This document shows, in pieces, positions 60,137 to 64,000 of a stretch of DNA of 64,000 bases. Within the stretch, counting starts at the first letter, position 1, and the number at the start of each line of letters is the position of its first letter. A program made the translations under genes and the position numbers. The DNA lies in contig JAWVXD010000008.1 of NCBI GenBank assembly GCA_033723415.1, positions 32,188 through 96,187 on the forward strand. Reading direction: 5' to 3'. The notes beneath the pieces were generated by a model. The model was given only the letters and a program-made list of their open reading frames with translations, ran no database searches and was not told where the DNA came from. The DNA is from Sulfurospirillaceae bacterium (lineage in GTDB: Bacteria > Campylobacterota > Campylobacteria > Campylobacterales > Sulfurospirillaceae).

Positions 60137-61114
60137 ATGACTTATAAAGCTTTAGTCGCAGAAGAAATCGATGGCAAATTTGTGCAAAACATCAAAGACC
60201 TGCATTTAGAAGATTTGGATAAAAATGATGTTTTAGTACGAGTTAAATATAGTGCCTTAAACTACAAAGATGCACTAAGCTCTATAGGAAATAAAGGAGT
60301 TACAAAAACGTACCCTCATACCCCTGGAGTAGATGCTGCAGGGATAGTAGAGAGAAGTTCTATTGAAAAATTTAAAGTTGGTGACAAAGTGATAGTCACC
60401 AGTTTTGATCTCGGCATGAATACAAACGGTGCTTTTGGCGAGTACATCAGTGTGCCCTCACATTGGGTCGTGCCGCTTCCAGAAACTCTAAGCCTAAAAG
60501 AAGCAGCTACTATAGGTACGGCAGGTTTGACGGCTGCGATCGGGGTCGATAAACTACTTAAGAACGGACAAAAAAAAGGCGATACGATTTTAGTCACAGG
60601 TTCGACCGGAGTGGTGGGAAGTTTTAGCGTGAAGCTCTTACATCATCTTGGATTTAAAGTCGTGGCTCTGAGTTCAAAGGCAGAAAAGAAAGACTTTTTG
60701 ATCTCCATCGGCGCAGATGAGGTGATCTTGAAAGATGAATTTGTTATGGATGCCAAAAGGCCACTTTTAAAACCGCTTTATGATGGTGCTATTGATGTCG
60801 TTGGCGGAGAACTTTTGGAAAATATCTTAAAGCAAATCAAGCCTAGCGGAAGTGTTGCTATTTGCGGACTGGTCGGCTCTCCTGCATTAAACACTACGGT
60901 CTTTCCATTTATATTAAGAGGGATTAATCTATTAGGTATCGACTCTGCCGAGTTAGCTAGCGGAGATCGGTTTGAGCTTTGGAATAAACTCGCAAACGAG
61001 TGGAAGATCGATTTAAGTGATATCTTACATGAACACACTTTGGAAGAGTTGCCAAGATTGATCCAAGCGATGCTTGATGGGAAAAGTCTAGGACGTGCGG
61101 TTATAAAGATTTAG
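60137..61114 (+). CDS. YhdH/AcuI-family NADPH quinone oxidoreductase (acryloyl-CoA reductase-like)
   Basis: YSALNYKDAL, PGVDAAG, GTAGLTAA, VTGSTGVVGS, VFPFILRGINLLGIDS. Confidence 0.92.
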   Translation: MTYKALVAEEIDGKFVQNIKDLHLEDLDKNDVLVRVKYSALNYKDALSSIGNKGVTKTYPHTPGVDAAGIVERSSIEKFKVGDKVIVTSFDLGMNTNGAFGEYISVPSHWVVPLPETLSLKEAATIGTAGLTAAIGVDKLLKNGQKKGDTILVTGSTGVVGSFSVKLLHHLGFKVVALSSKAEKKDFLISIGADEVILKDEFVMDAKRPLLKPLYDGAIDVVGGELLENILKQIKPSGSVAICGLVGSPALNTTVFPFILRGINLLGIDSAELASGDRFELWNKLANEWKIDLSDILHEHTLEELPRLIQAMLDGKSLGRAVIKI

Positions 61115-61135
61115 AGGTGTATCAACACCTCTAAA
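61110..61135. terminator. Hairpin between convergent yhdH-like and response regulator genes
   Basis: TTTAGAGGTGT-ATCA-ACACCTCTAAA perfect 11-bp stem. Confidence 0.7.
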
Positions 61136-61182
61136 ATATATTTTAATAGATATTACTGAGATTGTCAAAGTTTGCCCCTGCA

Positions 61183-61860
61183 TTATTGAGAGATTATATA
61201 GCCTTCTTGTTTGATGTTTTTGAGAATGTCAACAGGCATTTTTTGTCTGAGTTCTTTGATAAAGGTTTTGAGTGCATTTTGTGTCATGATCTTATCGCCC
61301 CAGATGTACTCTTGAATGAGATCATACTTTGTGATCCTATTTTTATTTTGAAATAAAAGTTCTAAAAAATCTTTTTCCTTTTTTCTCAAAACAATCTTTT
61401 CACCATTGTATAAAATTGTATTGTCATCAATATTTAAACGGATACCCGCTGTTAATTGTAAAATATTGTTATTGATTTTCACTAAAGCCTTTGATATTGC
61501 ATCAAACAATTGCTTGTTGGTTGTCGGCTTTAAGAGGTAATAATCTATTTTTAAATTGATCAATTTCAGTAAATACTCTTCTTTTGAGTAAGCACTTAGG
61601 ATTATTATCGGAGTGTGTAGATTGACTTTTCGAATCCTTTTGACAAGCTCAATTCCATCTCCATCGCGCATTTCGATATCTGAAATCAATAAATCCGGTT
61701 TTTTTTCGATGAACACGTCATAGGCATCATTGCCGTTATTTTCTTCATAAACATCTTTAAAGTAGAAAGCCAATGTATTCTTTAATCTTTTTCTGACTTC
61801 ATCATCATCCTCAGCCAATAAAACTGTGTATTTTTTTAAAACTTCTTCTAACTCTTTCAT
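61183..61860 (-). CDS. OmpR-family response regulator
   Basis: LLAEDD, DLLISDIEM, LSAYS, YLLKP; C-terminal winged helix (LKTFIKELRQK...GY). Confidence 0.93.
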   Translation of the reverse strand: MKELEEVLKKYTVLLAEDDDEVRKRLKNTLAFYFKDVYEENNGNDAYDVFIEKKPDLLISDIEMRDGDGIELVKRIRKVNLHTPIIILSAYSKEEYLLKLINLKIDYYLLKPTTNKQLFDAISKALVKINNNILQLTAGIRLNIDDNTILYNGEKIVLRKKEKDFLELLFQNKNRITKYDLIQEYIWGDKIMTQNALKTFIKELRQKMPVDILKNIKQEGYIISQ

Positions 61861-61878
61861 GATATATGCCTATTTTTG

Positions 61879-63675
61879 TTACAAAAGTATGGTGAATATT
61901 GCGCCGTTTTTAACATTTCTGACACGAAGGCTTCCTTGCATGTTTTTTTCAATGATCATTTTAGACATGTACAAACCAAGACCGGTACCTTGCGATTTTT
62001 TTGTAGAAAAATATGGCTCAAATATTGAATTTATATTCTCGATATCAACACCACCCGCATTGTCATAAACCGTAACAATTGATACTTCATCTTGGGTTTT
62101 GACTGTTAAAATAATTTTTCCATTTTTTATATTATTCATAATTATAGCATCTTTGGCATTTAACAATAAGTTTAAAATGACCTGTGAATATTCTCTTTTG
62201 TAGCCATGTATAGTTTTATCATCTCTGACGTTAAACTCTAGGACAATATCTTGATTGGTCAGTGATGCTTTGATCAAACCTATAGCATCCTTGCAGGCAT
62301 CAGCGATACTGAAATCTTGTTTATCTCGATCTGGTTTAAAAAAGTTTCTAAAATCTTCGATAGTAAAGGACATAAATTGGATTATTTTTGTTGCATCATT
62401 GGCGCAGGAGAACAAAAATTTATCACTTGCCTTCTTAAACATCACCGTAGTTTCTAATTCCATCATGATGCCGGCCAGTTGGCTTAGCGGTTGTCGCCAT
62501 TGATGCGATATCATATTTAAGATATTCCCCATTCGTGCAAGTCTTGATTGGTGAAGCATTGCTCGGTCTTTTTCTTGAGCTTCTTGTAGTGCAATTTCAA
62601 TTTTATTTTTCAGATCAATCTCGTTTTTATTTACTTTGTCTTGATAGGCTTTAAATGTTTTCGTTATCTTATAGGATGTCAATATAGACAAGAGCGATAT
62701 GACCAAGATCAATAAAAGTGCTATTAAAATCGTTGTTTTAACATACTTATCGATCCTTTTTTCTAGGAGAAGTTTGTGACTTTCTATATTTTTTCGAATT
62801 TCATTTGTATTGACACCACAGCCGATTACCCAATCCCATTCTTTATAGAATTTTGCAAATCCTAGCTGTTTATGTTCTGTTTCTTTTTTTTGTTCGAAAG
62901 GGTAAAATTCAAAAAAACTGCCATCTGGATTTTTGATCGCAAGTTTGACAAGTTTTTGCACAAAAAAAGTATCTTTAATATCTTTTCTATAGGTGTCATC
63001 TTTGCCGATGTCATTTTTTCGATAAGGATTAGCTATCAATTTATTGGTACTGGAGTAAACCCAAAGATAATTGTTTTTTTCAAATCGTATATTTTCGATC
63101 CATCTAGCGATGGAGTGTTTTAAATCACCCAACTTATAGTAAATATCCTTGATTAAGATGATCAGGATATTTTTACTGGGTATATATCTAAAAAATAACA
63201 AATCCGTTTTATCCTTTAAGATAAAAACTCCATCCATATTTTTGTGTATCGGTATCGTATTTTTGTTAAAAAAAACATTTTCATTCTCTATTATGTGGTC
63301 ATTTTTGACATCATAAATGATAAAATCCGTGTCGTCATTAGAATTTTGTTTAATGTAAGATAGATATTTCTGCGGTGTCGAATCATTGCTCAAAATAATA
63401 TTTAGAAATGCTTTCATTTGTATTTTCATATCTTTTTTTTCATTTTCAATCATAAGCTTTTTATGGTACTTAATATATTGAAAAACATCATCGACTTCTT
63501 TTTGAAGTATGGTTTTTTGACTCGTCATGTAATTTTTTTCAAGTTGTGTACTCTCTTGTAAAAAATAGTCTTGTTGTGTTTTAATAAAAGAATAGAGAAT
63601 TAAGACAACTAAGATCACAATCGTCAAGATCGGTGTTAAAATAATTAATCGCGGGATATTTTTTTCATTAAACAT
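61879..63675 (-). CDS. Cache-domain sensor histidine kinase
   Basis: Two TMs around a Cache_2-like region (NNYLWVY...EWDWVIGCG), H-box ISHQWRQPL, N-box NAKDA, DNAGG, FEPYFSTK, GTGLGLY; start set at ATG 63675 behind GGAG. Confidence 0.93.
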   Translation of the reverse strand: MFNEKNIPRLIILTPILTIVILVVLILYSFIKTQQDYFLQESTQLEKNYMTSQKTILQKEVDDVFQYIKYHKKLMIENEKKDMKIQMKAFLNIILSNDSTPQKYLSYIKQNSNDDTDFIIYDVKNDHIIENENVFFNKNTIPIHKNMDGVFILKDKTDLLFFRYIPSKNILIILIKDIYYKLGDLKHSIARWIENIRFEKNNYLWVYSSTNKLIANPYRKNDIGKDDTYRKDIKDTFFVQKLVKLAIKNPDGSFFEFYPFEQKKETEHKQLGFAKFYKEWDWVIGCGVNTNEIRKNIESHKLLLEKRIDKYVKTTILIALLLILVISLLSILTSYKITKTFKAYQDKVNKNEIDLKNKIEIALQEAQEKDRAMLHQSRLARMGNILNMISHQWRQPLSQLAGIMMELETTVMFKKASDKFLFSCANDATKIIQFMSFTIEDFRNFFKPDRDKQDFSIADACKDAIGLIKASLTNQDIVLEFNVRDDKTIHGYKREYSQVILNLLLNAKDAIIMNNIKNGKIILTVKTQDEVSIVTVYDNAGGVDIENINSIFEPYFSTKKSQGTGLGLYMSKMIIEKNMQGSLRVRNVKNGAIFTILL

Positions 63676-63806
63676 TTTATCTCCATAATCTCTATACGGC
63701 ATAAAGTACCTCAAATATAATAAAACTCAATGCAATCGTAACAAAAAAAGTATTTACTTTTTGTTACATCTTCGAAAATTTATAATTTTTTTTCTTGATT
63801 TTTCTT

Positions 63807-63840
63807 AATACACACTTATAGCACACTTAAAGTGTGTATT
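63807..63840. promoter_or_regulatory. Candidate response-regulator binding site upstream of gabT
   Basis: CACACTTA direct repeat at 11-bp pitch (63811, 63822), nested in the inverted repeat AATACACACTT/AAGTGTGTATT. Confidence 0.55.
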
Positions 63841-63872
63841 GTTTGTTTCAAATATAAGCAAAGGGGAAGATA

Positions 63873-64000
63873 ATGAGAAATCAAGAGCTGCAGAAGCGTA
63901 AAACAAAAGTGTTTGCGAGAGGACAGGGGAATCTATATCCAGTTTTTGTTAAACATGCGAAAAATTCTGAGATATGGGATGTCGAAGATAATAGATATAT
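63873..64000 (+). CDS. gabT: 4-aminobutyrate aminotransferase-like class III aminotransferase, 5' end (truncated by window)
   Basis: MRNQELQKRKTKVFARGQGNLYPVFVKHAKNSEIWDVEDNRY; GGGGA SD. Confidence 0.8.
   Translation, partial: MRNQELQKRKTKVFARGQGNLYPVFVKHAKNSEIWDVEDNRY

Overview
AT-rich chromosomal window from a flagellated Campylobacterota (Epsilonproteobacteria) bacterium, probably free-living and Sulfurospirillum-like (the genus is an inference). The assignment rests on conserved gene orders: gpsA-pyrC2, fliP/glmU-coaBC-hyp-uppS-prepilin peptidase-lptF-truA, flgL-ftsK, hemL-atpZ-like, rpoD, flgF-flgG and ciaD-like-cca-purU. About 60 CDS and one tRNA-Leu(CAA) are present. Bases 1-43 kb are mostly housekeeping and flagellar genes. 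Bases 43-64 kb look more accessory: Mo-oxidoreductase, beta-CASP nuclease, LOG, amtB-PII, metH, MarR, a TonB receptor, a Cache two-component system and the start of gabT. I saw no CRISPR array, integrase, transposase, prophage or rRNA. The most notable signals are: (1) an unannotated 53-codon ORF that looks like an in-frame deletion scar joining the start of motA to the tail of motB; (2) an apparent ATT start codon for ftsK; (3) a HEPN-motif protein coupled to a minimal Mo-oxidoreductase next to a nuclease/phosphatase/LOG cluster; (4) a TonB receptor coupled to an unknown membrane protein near B12-dependent metH; (5) a phage-like orphan gene; (6) two small unannotated membrane ORFs; (7) several candidate operators. 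All calls come from reading motifs by eye; no searches were run, and none of these is a demonstrated new system.
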